A stretch of 64,000 nucleotides of DNA from Candidatus Nomurabacteria bacterium (lineage in GTDB: Bacteria; Patescibacteriota; Dojkabacteria; SC72; JAHDCA01), in assembly GCA_020632375.1 (NCBI GenBank), contig JACKFR010000004.1, forward strand, positions 1,921-65,920, read 5' to 3'. The notes beneath the pieces are model-generated. The model saw only the letters and a program-made list of their open reading frames with translations, made no database searches and had not been told where the DNA came from. Position numbers and translations under genes: made by a program. Below, in pieces: positions 26,386 through 38,200 of the stretch; position 1 is the stretch's first letter; each line of letters begins with the position of its first letter.

Positions 26386-28126
26386 TTTTTAAATTCTTTA
26401 TTTTGTTACTAAGCTTTTTAATTTTTTCTACTAATTCTTCTGCACTTTTAGTGTCTTCTTGGTTTTCGGCAATTACAAGTTTTGTTCTTAAATTTGAGAG
26501 ACGTTTATCCATATATCCTCTATAAATTAACAAATATATATGGTTAAGCTCTTTATTTGTATCTACGTTTCCTGACATTATAATATCAGATTGTAATAAA
26601 AGGGTTTTTACTAAGTTTACTGCATCTTCGGAAAGATCTTCAGTCTCGGCTAGCTGCTTTAGTGCGATATCTGGCTTTTGTTTAAGATAATTAAGAACCT
26701 CTTTAACAAGAGGGTCTTGAAAGATCGAGGTCTTAAGTTTACTCAGCTTTTTTGTAAAATCTGCCTTCAATATGATAGCCAGAAAATACTGTTCTCTATT
26801 ATCTGGGTGGTTTTTAATATCCTTTTTTGTCTCAAAATTTCGTGAAACCGATTTTGCTGGATCTAGAGTTTCTTGGTTGTTGATTCCGGTAATTTTTTCA
26901 GCTTTCTTTGAGTAGAAACTGTATAGCTGTTTTTCTTTAATTGGAGATAAGAGAATATTAATGAACTTTCTTGTCTGGTTATAATCTTCAAGATCTGAAA
27001 GATCTTTGTTTTCTATTTCTTTTGTCAGCAGATAGGTGAATGCATCAGTTTTCTTTTTAAGCAATTCAATATAAGACTCTGGTGCTTTCTGAATCATTTC
27101 ATCAATATCTTTGTATGGAGATGGAGAGGCCGCATACACATCCATTCCTTGTGCAGCTGCTAACGTAAAAGCTCTCTTTACAGCTGAAATTCCTGCTGTA
27201 TCTGAGTCGAACATCAAGACAATATCATTAGTATAATTTTTAAGTAATGAAATTTGTTTCTCAGTTAGCCCTGTACCAAGCGGCGCCACAATATTCTTTA
27301 CTCCTGCTGCATGTGAAGAAATGACATCGGTTTGCCCTTCGCACATTATGCAATATCCACTTTTTCTAATTTCATTTTTGCTTTCATAGATACCGAAAAG
27401 CGTTTCTCCCTTATGAAAAACTGCTGTTTCCGGTGTATTCATATATTTAGGTCCATAGTCGTTTCCTGGAAGCACTCTTCCTGAGAAACCTATGACAGCT
27501 CCGCCTACTGAGCGGATCGGAAACATGATTCTATTGAAAAATTTATCTCTTATGCCGGAGCCTTTATCTACAAAAAGTCCAGAAGAAAGAAGCTCAGCGT
27601 TCCTATACTTGTTGCGATTCTTTGTCGTAATAAATTTGTACAGACTGTTATATCCTGGTGCAAAGCCTATTCCAAATTTTGAGATGGATTCTTTTCTAAT
27701 CTTTCTACCTTCAAGATATCCACGTGCATGTGCGCCTGTCTTTGAATTCAGCTCTTCTTGGAAAAAGTCTAGTGCTATTTGATTGATCTCTTCAAGTATC
27801 GATATTGCTTTCGGCTTGACGCCTTTCTCAATCTTTATTCCTAGCTCATCAGCAAGTTTATCTCGAGCTTCTACAAAATCGATTCCTTCTATTTCCTGGA
27901 GAAAAGAAAAAACATCTCCTCCTTTTCCGCATCCAAAACACTTGTAAATTTGTATATCAGGGCTGACGATAAATGAAGGGGTCTTTTCTTGATGAAATGG
28001 ACAGATGCCCTGGTAATTTTTGCCTGACTTCCTTAATTTTACATATCTCTCAACAATTGAAACAATATCAGCTCTTGATTTGATTTCTTGAGTTATATTT
28101 TGAAGACTACTTTCTCCTGTCGCCAT
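26369..28126 (-). CDS. dnaG: DNA primase
   Basis: Zinc finger CPFHQEKTPSFIVSPDIQIYKCFGCGKGGDVFSF. TOPRIM region with EGQTDVIS and MFDSDTAG. Confidence 0.95.
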   Translation of the reverse strand: MATGESSLQNITQEIKSRADIVSIVERYVKLRKSGKNYQGICPFHQEKTPSFIVSPDIQIYKCFGCGKGGDVFSFLQEIEGIDFVEARDKLADELGIKIEKGVKPKAISILEEINQIALDFFQEELNSKTGAHARGYLEGRKIRKESISKFGIGFAPGYNSLYKFITTKNRNKYRNAELLSSGLFVDKGSGIRDKFFNRIMFPIRSVGGAVIGFSGRVLPGNDYGPKYMNTPETAVFHKGETLFGIYESKNEIRKSGYCIMCEGQTDVISSHAAGVKNIVAPLGTGLTEKQISLLKNYTNDIVLMFDSDTAGISAVKRAFTLAAAQGMDVYAASPSPYKDIDEMIQKAPESYIELLKKKTDAFTYLLTKEIENKDLSDLEDYNQTRKFINILLSPIKEKQLYSFYSKKAEKITGINNQETLDPAKSVSRNFETKKDIKNHPDNREQYFLAIILKADFTKKLSKLKTSIFQDPLVKEVLNYLKQKPDIALKQLAETEDLSEDAVNLVKTLLLQSDIIMSGNVDTNKELNHIYLLIYRGYMDKRLSNLRTKLVIAENQEDTKSAEELVEKIKKLSNKIKNLKNDKIS

Positions 28127-28134
28127 TTCTGTTT

Positions 28135-29112
28135 CTATTCACAGGTTAAAGCTTCCTGGTTAACTTTGCATGTTACGGTTGCTACGCCGGTAGATGGGCT
28201 TGCAATCAGCTGCTCAGGGCTTCCGTTTACAGTAACTTTTGTATTTGAAGCTCGCCCAGTTGTCAGCAAAAAATCACTTTTAATCTCGTACTCCTGAGAA
28301 AACCCCTCCGGTAAGATTTCAGCAGCTTCCTGATCTCCATCTACAATAATTTCGACCCAAGCCTCTGCACCAACAATCTCTACCTTCATCTTATTGACTT
28401 TCGGTTTCTCTGGAACCTTAGCTTCTTCTTTTTTCTTTACCTCTTCTTTTGGTTTTGTATAGTTAATAGTCAAAATCTTAACTGTCTCTCGGCTCTCGTT
28501 ATTAATTTTTCTTGCCCTGATAGTTACTGTATTTGAGCCTTCAGACAGTGTTATCTCTTTTTCAAACTCAAGGCTTTGGCTAACTTTTATTGGCTCATCA
28601 TTTATTTCAATTATAGTTTCTGCTTCAGTTGAACCATTGATTAGTATAGTCTCCTCAGTTACGGTTGAATTGTTTGAAGGAGAAGAGATTTGGAGTTTTG
28701 GTGGTCTTTGGAAATTGTAAAACTGCACAAATAAATAAGCTAGTATTCCTAAGATAATAAGTACAATTAGTGACAATGTAAGTGCCTGAGGTGTGATAGG
28801 AATTTTGTTTTTGAAGAACTTGCTGTTTAGAGAGCTTTTCTTTTTATGGTTCGGTTTACTCTCTTTTGATGATTCATACATTTTATATGTTCTACGGTAG
28901 AGTGCTAAGACTCTGCTTACATTAAGTCCTAAATAGTCTGCGTAGATCTTAATAAAGCCGGTCATGAAAATCTCGGGATTTCCTGTATCATATTTGTCTT
29001 CTTCGATCTGCTCAAGATACTTTTTTTGAATTTTGGTATCAGCGGAAACAAGGTCAATCGTTTTGCCTAATGCTATTCTCTTGTCTTTGAGGATTTTCCC
29101 CGCTGTTAACAT
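28135..29112 (-). CDS. RodZ-like protein (HTH, TM segment and DUF4115-type C-domain)
   Basis: N-terminal HTH (GKILKDKRIALGKTIDLVSADTKIQKKYLEQIE), a single TM segment, and a C-terminal WVEIIVDGDQ…KVTVNG pattern. Confidence 0.6.
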   Translation of the reverse strand: MLTAGKILKDKRIALGKTIDLVSADTKIQKKYLEQIEEDKYDTGNPEIFMTGFIKIYADYLGLNVSRVLALYRRTYKMYESSKESKPNHKKKSSLNSKFFKNKIPITPQALTLSLIVLIILGILAYLFVQFYNFQRPPKLQISSPSNNSTVTEETILINGSTEAETIIEINDEPIKVSQSLEFEKEITLSEGSNTVTIRARKINNESRETVKILTINYTKPKEEVKKKEEAKVPEKPKVNKMKVEIVGAEAWVEIIVDGDQEAAEILPEGFSQEYEIKSDFLLTTGRASNTKVTVNGSPEQLIASPSTGVATVTCKVNQEALTCE

Positions 29113-29144
29113 AAGTAACTTGATTTAAATTGATAAGAATCTGG

Positions 29145-31400
29145 CTATTCCTGTGGGGCATTTTCATTATTAAGAATTTGATCTGCACTACTCGCTAAGA
29201 CCTTTCTGCTGCTGCTTCCTTCTTGTGGTCCAATTGCTCCTGCGGCCTCAAGTTCATCGATTAATCTTGCTGCTCTATTATATCCTATTCGAAACTTTCT
29301 CTGTAACATTGAAGAAGATGCTTTTTGTGCGTTAATGACCGCTTCAAGAGCATCTTTAAAAAGCTCATCTTCAGAAAGCTCACCATTTGCTGCGGTCGTA
29401 GCATCTGCTTTTGGCTTTGTGACTTCTTCTGCGTATTCTACATCTTGGGCTTGATCTTTTATGAAAGAAACTAGCTTTTCTGTGTCTACAGTATCTGTCC
29501 ATGCACCTTGTAGTCTAATCGGCCTGCCAGTTTCTGGAGATTTGAAAAGCATGTCACCTTTGCCAATAAGCGTTTCGGCGCCGCTTTGGTCAATTATTAC
29601 TCTAGAGTCGATTGCTGTCGACACACTGAAAGCCATTCTCCCAGGGACATTCGCTTTAATAAGGCCTGTAATTACATCTACAGAAGGACGCTGTGTAGCA
29701 AGAATAAGATGTATTCCCACTGCACGAGCCATTTGAGTTAGTCTAACTATTTTAGATTCAACATCTACTCCGGTCGAGAGCATCAAGTCAGCCATTTCAT
29801 CAATTATTAGAATGATATATGGCATAGTCGTTGCATTTGTCTTCTTATTGTACTCTCTTATATTACGTACGCCTGTTTGCTTTAAAATCCTATATCTTCT
29901 AAGCATCTCTTCAACTGCCCACTGAAGCGAGTTTGCTACAAGCTCCATATCTGTAATTACCGGTGTGAGTAGATGGGCAATTCCATTATATGGCGCAAGC
30001 TCGACCATCTTGGGATCTACAAGAATAAAGCGGAGCTGATCTGGGGTCTTGGTCATCAGCAACCCTGTGAGAATAGAGTTTATTCCTACAGATTTACCAG
30101 TCCCTGTTGCGCCTGCTACTAAAAGGTGTGGCAGAGTAGCAAGGTCTTTAATTAGTGTCTTCCCACCTACGTTTTTACCAAGAATAAGAGGTAGTTCGTA
30201 GTTATCAATCTCTTTCTTTAGCGTAAGCATCATTTCTTTTATATAGACAAAGTTTGGGGTAGGGTTAGGAACTTCAATACCAATCAATGACGTGCCGGGG
30301 ATAGGGGCCTCTATTCTAATCTGAGACTCAGGTGTCGCTAATGCCAAAGCTATGTCGTTTGACAGATTTCTCACTCTGGCGACTTTTGTACCTACAGTTA
30401 TGCTCAAAGCATATTGGACTATGGTCGGACCGATAGTGATTTTGCTTATTCGTGACTCAATTCCGAAGCTTCTGAGAGTTTTTTCTATTATGATGCCATT
30501 TCGGGTATAGGCTTCTTCGTTAATTTTTTTAGCAACCGGCTGTTGTAACAGTTCGATAGGTGGAAATTTCCAGCTCAAGTATTTCGGCGGAGCAACTAGA
30601 CCTTGTGAGTCGTCATCACCATTGTCGCTTTCATCTGAACTTGTATTTGCTTCTACAAATTGAAGCTGTTCCTGCTCTATTTGTTTAGGGGTTTTCTTAT
30701 CTTCTTCAAAGCTTTCTTTTCCTAGCGGTTCAATGACTGTTTGAGTCTCGATAAATTCTTTGCTTGAAGCATTGTCTTGGCTTGCTGATATATTGGAGTT
30801 GTTGTCTACTATCTGTACAAGTTCTTTCTCTGTTTCAAGTTTGTTCATGCCTTCTTTCACATTTTGTATTGTTTTAGGTACGATTCCAAATATGCCAGCT
30901 ACAGAATTCACTATTATACCGACCGTTTTGCTGAGACTTGTATTAGAAAGAAGAGTAAAGCCAATAAGAGCTAATACTATTAATAGTATAAACTCTATAA
31001 AATCTCCTACTGAAGCCTGCAGAATATTGTGAAGATGTATTCCAACAAGCCCACCATTCTGTGAGAAATCGGCTCCTTCAACGATTCTCGTATCTTCGAC
31101 CCAAAAACTAAAAAAAATATTTGCAGCAACTGCAAGGAGGATGCTGCCTAAAAAAGTTTTATTTGAGTGAACATATTCTGACTCGGTTATTAAGCGAAGA
31201 GAGAGGATTAGCAATACAACTCCCCACACCGTAGAGCTTAAACCTAGATAAAAAGTTATTTTTGTAAATACCGATCCATCAAGAAATGGTGCAAGGGCGA
31301 CAGTTAAACCTGCTATAAAAAAAAGGATTCCGAGGAAAACACGAGTTTCTTTGCTATGGATCGTTATTTCTGTTTTTTTCTTGGAGCTTCTGACTGCCAT
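29145..31400 (-). CDS. ftsK: DNA translocase FtsK/SpoIIIE
   Basis: N-terminal TM segments, Walker A VAGATGTGKSV, Walker B IILIIDEMADL, and a gamma domain SMLQRKFRIGYNRAARLIDELE. Confidence 0.95.
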   Translation of the reverse strand: MAVRSSKKKTEITIHSKETRVFLGILFFIAGLTVALAPFLDGSVFTKITFYLGLSSTVWGVVLLILSLRLITESEYVHSNKTFLGSILLAVAANIFFSFWVEDTRIVEGADFSQNGGLVGIHLHNILQASVGDFIEFILLIVLALIGFTLLSNTSLSKTVGIIVNSVAGIFGIVPKTIQNVKEGMNKLETEKELVQIVDNNSNISASQDNASSKEFIETQTVIEPLGKESFEEDKKTPKQIEQEQLQFVEANTSSDESDNGDDDSQGLVAPPKYLSWKFPPIELLQQPVAKKINEEAYTRNGIIIEKTLRSFGIESRISKITIGPTIVQYALSITVGTKVARVRNLSNDIALALATPESQIRIEAPIPGTSLIGIEVPNPTPNFVYIKEMMLTLKKEIDNYELPLILGKNVGGKTLIKDLATLPHLLVAGATGTGKSVGINSILTGLLMTKTPDQLRFILVDPKMVELAPYNGIAHLLTPVITDMELVANSLQWAVEEMLRRYRILKQTGVRNIREYNKKTNATTMPYIILIIDEMADLMLSTGVDVESKIVRLTQMARAVGIHLILATQRPSVDVITGLIKANVPGRMAFSVSTAIDSRVIIDQSGAETLIGKGDMLFKSPETGRPIRLQGAWTDTVDTEKLVSFIKDQAQDVEYAEEVTKPKADATTAANGELSEDELFKDALEAVINAQKASSSMLQRKFRIGYNRAARLIDELEAAGAIGPQEGSSSRKVLASSADQILNNENAPQE

Positions 31401-31829
31401 TCTTGTTCGATTTTACAAAGTATTTTATGCTATTGCTAGCTCTTGTCGAGATGCAATGACTATTTTGTAGCATTTTCTGCTTACTTAGAATAGCATATTA
31501 GGCTTGATATTTTGGTTTGTTTAATAAAATAGCTTTGATAATTTTGATATTGGGTTTGAATAGTCTTTGATAGAAGGGTTTTCTGCGGTACCCCAGGTTT
31601 ATTTGGAAAGAATGCTGAATTCAAACAAGCATTAATTTTTGCTGTAGGCTAGAGATCTGTTGACTTGCTTGAAGTGATGTGTTACGATCCCTTCGATTCC
31701 AATTCTAGATTTCGTGTAATTACACTGACAGTTTGCAAAAAAAATCAATCAACACAGTAATTTAGTGACAGAAATTTTAGGCGGTCATTTGACCGTTAGG
31801 TCTTTCTTAATATCAAAATATACCAAAAT

Positions 31830-34800
31830 ATGGCAGCAAGAAAACCTCTAGTAAGTAAAGCTTCCCGTGTGAATCTAGGAACAAGCGATTTGTCTAAAAT
31901 CGAGTATCCAAATTTAATAGAAGCACAAGTTAAGTCATTTAATGAATTTCTCAAGAATGGGTTTGAGACTCTTTTTGGCGAAATTGTACCTGTAAAAGAT
32001 TCTATGGAACGAATGTGGACGCTTGATTTTAAAGATTTTCGATTCGGAGATCCAAATCGGACAATCATGGAAGCTTCTGATAAAGGACTTACATATGATG
32101 CTCCTGTCTATGTAACTGCACAACTACTAAATAACAAGACAGGGGAAATAAAACAGCAAGAGATCTTCCTTGCAGATATGCCACTTATGACCGATCATGG
32201 CTATTTTGTTATCAATGGAGTAAGTAGAGTCGTGACCCATCAGATAGTTAGATCAGAAGGGGTGTTATTTGATGTCGCTGAAAAACTCCCAACAAGAACT
32301 CTCTATAAAGCTAAGCTTGTTCCTGCAAGAGGGCAATGGTATGAATTTGAAGTAAATAAACATAATGTTATTTCAATTAGACTTGTTCAGAAAAGGCCTA
32401 AAGTTCTTCTTACAGAGCTTTTAAGAGTCTTCGGGTTTGAGACTGATGATGATATTAGAGATCTTTTTAAAGATGTCGATATACACGAAGAATTCAAGTA
32501 TGTCGAATCAACGTTAGCGCGTGACTTTACTCGAAATAAAGAAGAAGCGGTTATCAACCTATATAATAAGATTCGTCCTGATGAAACAGTTACAGTCGAG
32601 AGTGCAGAAAAATATATAAAGAGCTTGTTCTTCAACGATAGACGCTTTGATTTAGGGAAAGTCGGGAGATACCAAGTCAATAGAAAATTGGGAACAGAGT
32701 ATCCTCTTGAAGGTGACGGATGTAAACTTTATGTAGACGATATAGTACTTCTGATTAAAAGGCTAATTCAAGTTAATAATGGTACTGCTCCACCTGATGA
32801 TATAGATAGTCTTTCAAATAGACGAATCCGAAGTGTTGGCGAGGTTTTGATTGACCAACTTAGAGTTGGTGTCCGCCGGGTTGAGAAAAATATTAAAGAC
32901 AAAATGAGCATGTATGGAGAAGATGCGAAACTAACACCCTCAATGCTTATCAGTACAAAGCCTGTATCGGCAGCTGTTCTGACTTTTTTCGGGTCAAACC
33001 AGCTTTCAATGTTCATGGATCAGTCAAACATTTTGTCTGAGCTTGAAAATAAAAGGAAAATTACAGCATCCGGACCAGGTGGTCTCGGAAAAGAAAGGGC
33101 TCCATTCTCAGTTCGTGAAGTTCATCACTCTCATTACTCAAGACTTTGCCCCGTTACAAGTCCTGAGAGTCAGTCAATTGGAGTCGTTAACCAACTCGCT
33201 ACATTTGCACATATTAATGAATATGGATTTATTGAAGCACCATACAGACAAATTCTGCATACTGTTAAAAATGACGGGAAGTCTGCTGTCGGCAGATTGG
33301 CTGTTGAGGATATCAAGTCCGGATCAAAAATAATAGTCAAATCAGGTAAAGAAATAACTGCCACTGCTGCGAAAGAGCTTGCAAAAAATAAAGATTTAAA
33401 AGAAATTGAAGTAAGATCATATGCTACTGACAAGGTGGTTTATATCGATGCCGCAGAAGAAAGAGAAAAGGCCATTACTATGGCAGATATCGTTCTTGAC
33501 GACAATTTAAATATTGTCGATACTCTGCTTCCTGTAAGGCATAAAGGAGATTTCTTGCTCCAAGATGTTCAATCAATTGATTATATGGATATCGTGCCTT
33601 CTCAGCAAGCTGGAGTAGGAATGGCACTGATTCCTTTTGTTGCACATGATGATTCTAAACGAGCTTTAACGGGTTCGAACCAACAAAGACAGGCAGTCCC
33701 GCTTGTTAAACAACAGTCTCCACTTGTAGGTACTGGACAGGAAGAACTTGTTGCAAAGCAATCTGGGTGGGGTGTATATGCTGAGGAAGCTGGGGAAGTT
33801 GTCGAAGTTGATGCTTCTCATCTTATTGTTAAGTATGCGAAAGCAGGTCTGAAAGAATATCCGCTTATTAAATTCTTCAGATCAAATCACGATACGACAT
33901 TTTCACAGAGACCGCTTGTTAATATTGGTGATAGGGTTAAAGCAGGAGATATTTTGGTTGATGGCCCCACTATGGATAATGGTGAGTTGGCTCTTGGTAC
34001 AAATCTCCGAGCGGCTTTGATGTTCTATGAAGGCTATAACTATGAAGATTCAGTTGTAATTTCTGAAAGAGTTATTAAGAAAGACTTGCTGACATCAATT
34101 CATATCCGCCAGCATACAATTGATTTAAGAGATACCGATCTTGGGCCAGAAACATTGACTGCTGACATTGCACATGTGAGCGATAGAATTCTTCAAAAAT
34201 TAGATGCAATAGGGATGGTTCGAATCGGAGCCAGAGTCGGAGGTGGAGATATTTTAGCAGGGGTTGTCGCCCCAAGAGGAGAACAAGAACTTACTGCTGA
34301 AGAAAGACTATTAAGGGCAATATTTGGTAAAGCAGCAAGCGAAGTAAGAGATGTTTCTCTGCGGGTTCCACACGGTAGTAAGGGTATTGTTATAAAAACA
34401 CAGCTTCTTTCATTAGAACAAAATGATAAACTCCCTCCTGGAGTTCTTAAACAAGTAAAGGTCTGGGTTGCTGAGACTAAGTCTGTTAATTACGGTGATA
34501 AATTCTCAGGTAGGCACGGTGATAAGATGACTTGTGCTGCGATCCGTCCAGTTGAAGATATGCCTTTCACAGAAGATGGCGAGCCAATCGACATTATCCT
34601 TACACCTACGTTTGTCAAGCGAATGAACATGGGACAGGCAGTTGAGGTGCATTATGGTAGGTATGCACAATTGTTGGGAAAGAAGTTCGCATTCCCAGTT
34701 TTTGAAGATGTGAATGACGAATGGATTAAAGAAGAATTAGAAAAAAGTGGATATGAAATGACCCAAAAAGTTGATCTTTATGACGGGCGTACAGGTAAAA

Positions 34801-35210
34801 AGTTCCCAAGACAGGTAACAGTGGGAATGAAGTATGTTCTCAAGCTGCATCATATAGCAGATGAAAAAGTTCATGCTAGATCGACAGGGCCTTACACACT
34901 GGTAACTCAACAGCCTTTAGGGGGCAAAGCTCAAATGGGTGGTCAGAGATTTGGAGAAATGGAAGTGTGGGCAATGGAAGCTCATGGAGCACCATATGCA
35001 CTTCAGGAAATGCTTACGATAAAGTCTGATGATGTACAAGGCCGAGCTCAGGCCTATAAAGCGATTATTCATGGAGAAAAAATAGAGAGTAATGAAGTTC
35101 CGGCCTCATTCAGGGTTCTGATGAAAGAGCTGAACTCTCTCTGTATAAATGTAGACTTAATTTCATTCAAGAATGAAGATGGCGAAGACGAAACAAAGGA
35201 AGAATTATAG
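31830..35210 (+). CDS. rpoB: DNA-directed RNA polymerase subunit beta
   Basis: Canonical beta motifs: FMDQSNILSELENKRKITASGPGGL, NYEDSVVISE, GDKFSGRHGDK and GGQRFGEMEVWA. Confidence 0.98.
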   Translation: MAARKPLVSKASRVNLGTSDLSKIEYPNLIEAQVKSFNEFLKNGFETLFGEIVPVKDSMERMWTLDFKDFRFGDPNRTIMEASDKGLTYDAPVYVTAQLLNNKTGEIKQQEIFLADMPLMTDHGYFVINGVSRVVTHQIVRSEGVLFDVAEKLPTRTLYKAKLVPARGQWYEFEVNKHNVISIRLVQKRPKVLLTELLRVFGFETDDDIRDLFKDVDIHEEFKYVESTLARDFTRNKEEAVINLYNKIRPDETVTVESAEKYIKSLFFNDRRFDLGKVGRYQVNRKLGTEYPLEGDGCKLYVDDIVLLIKRLIQVNNGTAPPDDIDSLSNRRIRSVGEVLIDQLRVGVRRVEKNIKDKMSMYGEDAKLTPSMLISTKPVSAAVLTFFGSNQLSMFMDQSNILSELENKRKITASGPGGLGKERAPFSVREVHHSHYSRLCPVTSPESQSIGVVNQLATFAHINEYGFIEAPYRQILHTVKNDGKSAVGRLAVEDIKSGSKIIVKSGKEITATAAKELAKNKDLKEIEVRSYATDKVVYIDAAEEREKAITMADIVLDDNLNIVDTLLPVRHKGDFLLQDVQSIDYMDIVPSQQAGVGMALIPFVAHDDSKRALTGSNQQRQAVPLVKQQSPLVGTGQEELVAKQSGWGVYAEEAGEVVEVDASHLIVKYAKAGLKEYPLIKFFRSNHDTTFSQRPLVNIGDRVKAGDILVDGPTMDNGELALGTNLRAALMFYEGYNYEDSVVISERVIKKDLLTSIHIRQHTIDLRDTDLGPETLTADIAHVSDRILQKLDAIGMVRIGARVGGGDILAGVVAPRGEQELTAEERLLRAIFGKAASEVRDVSLRVPHGSKGIVIKTQLLSLEQNDKLPPGVLKQVKVWVAETKSVNYGDKFSGRHGDKMTCAAIRPVEDMPFTEDGEPIDIILTPTFVKRMNMGQAVEVHYGRYAQLLGKKFAFPVFEDVNDEWIKEELEKSGYEMTQKVDLYDGRTGKKFPRQVTVGMKYVLKLHHIADEKVHARSTGPYTLVTQQPLGGKAQMGGQRFGEMEVWAMEAHGAPYALQEMLTIKSDDVQGRAQAYKAIIHGEKIESNEVPASFRVLMKELNSLCINVDLISFKNEDGEDETKEEL

Positions 35211-38200
35211 GCAGGATTTTTCAGACTTTGATGCATTAAAGATAACGCTTGCTTCTCCTGAGCAGGTTCTCCAATGGTCGTACGGTGAAGTTACTAAAGC
35301 AGAGACGATAAATTATCGTACTTTTAGAACTGAGCCAGATGGTTTGTTCTGTGAGAAAATATTCGGACCAACAAAAAATTACGAGTGCTTTTGCGGTAAA
35401 TATAAGAAAATCAGATACAAAGGCATTGTTTGTGACAAGTGCGGAGTTGAAGTTACAAGAAAAGATGTGCGAAGAGAACGAATGGGGCACATTAACCTTG
35501 CTGTTCCAGTGACCCATGTTTGGTTTGCTTTTGGTGTACCTAGCAAGATGGCGATTGTTTTAGATATCGCTCATAAGAAATTGCTCTCAGTTATCTATTA
35601 CACAAGATATCTGGTTACAACAGTTACTGAAGATGAGAGAGAAGCAATGGCAAAAAAACTTGAAAGCCATTTAAAGGAAGAAAAAGAGATGCTCCAAACA
35701 AGCCTAGAAGAAGATATTAAAGAAGCAGAACAGGCTCAGAAAGACGAAATCACGAAGCTTAAAAAAGGAAAGAAGGATAAGTCTAAAACAGAATTCCAAA
35801 TAAGCCAGATGGATCACGAGCTAAAGCAAAAGATTGCTAGAATAAGAAAAGATTATGCCGAGAAAGAAGAAGATCTTGACGCTTATTTTGCAAAGCTTTC
35901 AAAACTGATCGCAGAAATTCAGGTGGGTTCAATTATGACTGAAGATGAGTATGTCGACCTAGTTGATAGAGAGCTTCTATTTTTTGAAGCAAAAATGGGT
36001 GCAGAGGCAGTGCAAGAGCTTTTAGAAAGCCTAGATTTAGATCATGAAATAAAGACTCTTAAATCAAGGCTAAAGAGTGAAAAAGGTAAAGCGAAGAAAG
36101 TAGCTATGATCCGTAGGCTTCAATATCTAGAAGGGTTTTACCAGAATAAGTTAGACCCCTCATGGATGATAATGACAGTTTTACCTGTTATCCCTCCAGA
36201 GTTGAGACCGATTATTCCTCTCTCAGGTGGTAAATTTGCTACTTCTGATCTTAATGACTTGTACAGAAGGATTATAAATAGAAATAACCGGTTGAAGAGG
36301 CTTATTGAAATCGGGGCGCCTGATGTTATTTTGCGAAACGAAAAAAGAATGCTTCAAGAATCAGTTGACGCACTTTTCGACAACAGTCATAGACCAGCAA
36401 GACCAATGGTGAACAATAAAAGGCTTCCGTATAGATCTCTTACTGATGAGCTTCGAGGTAAAAAAGGTATCTTTAGAAGAAACCTTCTTGGAAAAAGGGT
36501 TGATTATTCTGGTAGAGCGGTAATTATCGGAGATACAAGACTCAAACTCTCTCAGTGTGGCCTGCCTAAAGAAGTCGCTCTAGAGATGTTTAAGCCCTTT
36601 GTCATCCATGAGTTGATGGAAACAGAGCTTGCGCCTAATATCAAGGTCGCAAAAGAAATGATTGATGAGTCTGCAGACCAGGTTTGGGATATTTTGGAAC
36701 GAATAATTAAAGACAAGCCGGTTCTTCTTAATCGCGCTCCGACACTTCATAAATACAGTATTCAGGCGTTCTACCCTGTTCTTGTTGGTGGTGATGCAAT
36801 TCGTGTACATCCATTAGTGTGCAAGGCATTCAATGCTGATTTTGACGGAGATCAAATGGCTGTTCACGTTCTTCTTACCGAAGAAGCTTTGAAAGAGGGA
36901 ATCGAAAAGATGCTTTCAACCAAAAATATTATAAGTATCGCTCATGGTTCTGTTCTTGCCGTGCCTTCTAAAGACATGCTTCTCGGCTTCTTTCTTCTTA
37001 CAGATATGAATGAGGTTGATAAGCCAAAACTGTTTGGCTCTTTTGAAGAGGCTGTTCGTGCGTATCTGCGTGAACAGATTTCTATCAGTGAAATGATAAT
37101 TGCCAAAGGCAAAGATGGTGTTCATAAAACTTCCGTTGGTAGAATTATTTTTAATAATCATCTCCCCGAAGATTATCCTTTTGTTAATGAGAGGATCGGT
37201 AAGGGCGATGTTGACGGATTAATTACAGATATTAAAGATAAGTATGATAATGATGTCGTAGTAAAGCTTCTTGATGACCTAAAAATGCTTGGCTTCAAGT
37301 ATGCAACAAATCTCGCATTTTCATTTGGAATGGAAGATTGCAAGGTTGACATAGATTTGAAGACTAAGATACATGAAATGGAGAAAAAAGAAGAACAGCT
37401 CCAGGAGAACTTTTTACAAGGTCTTTCAACTGAGAAAGAAAAACGAAATCTTGCTACAAAGATGTGGAATGACTTCACTGACCAGCTCAGTGAAGAAGCG
37501 TGGGATAGTTTACAAAAAAACAATCCTGTTTATGAGATGGTTAAGTCCGGCGCAAACGGTGGTATGATTCAAGCCCGCCAGATTATGTCCATCAAAGGTT
37601 TGGTTAGGAATTCTGCTGGTGAATGGATCCCAATGGCTATTAAGGGTAATTACCGTGATGGACTATCAGCTTTTGAGTATTTTGTTGCCACTGGTGGTGG
37701 TAGAAAAGGTGTCGCTGATATGGCTTTAAGAACTGCTTCTTCCGGATATCTGACGCGAAAACTATCAGATGTCGCACATGATGTAATTGTTCGAATGGAT
37801 GATTGCGGCTATAAAGGAGCGGGCCATACAATTAAACGAGCAGACGATCGTAGAATTAGCTTTGAAGAAACTGTTACTGGCAGGGTTCTAGCGGTTGATT
37901 TAAAAGATAAAGATGGGAAAGTTCTTCTTAAAGCTAATGAAACAGTATCTCCTACTTTTGCCAAAGAGCTTGAAAAACACGGGATTAATGAGGTCTCTGT
38001 TCGGTCACCGATCACATGTCAGGCTCCCATAGGAATGTGCAAGATGTGCTATGGAAACGATATTGAGCAAGGGAAGCACGTTGAGATGGGTAAAGCAGTA
38101 GGTATTATTGCAGCTCAGTCAATCGGTGAGCCAGGTACACAGATGACTCTGAGATCGTTCCACTTCGGTGGCGCAATGAAAGTCGACATTACACAAGGTC

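Noticed and set aside
31401-31829. The 429-bp ftsK/rpoB intergenic region as a possible oriC or ncRNA locus; it contains four TTGATA copies and a TTGATATT(T/G)GG(T)TTG direct repeat.
   Set aside because: No DnaA-box-like TTATCCACA sequences are seen, and dnaA/dnaN are not adjacent. The repeat spacing is irregular (31, 9 and 23 bp). A TTGACT-N17-TACGAT promoter and a long rpoB leader explain most of the region.
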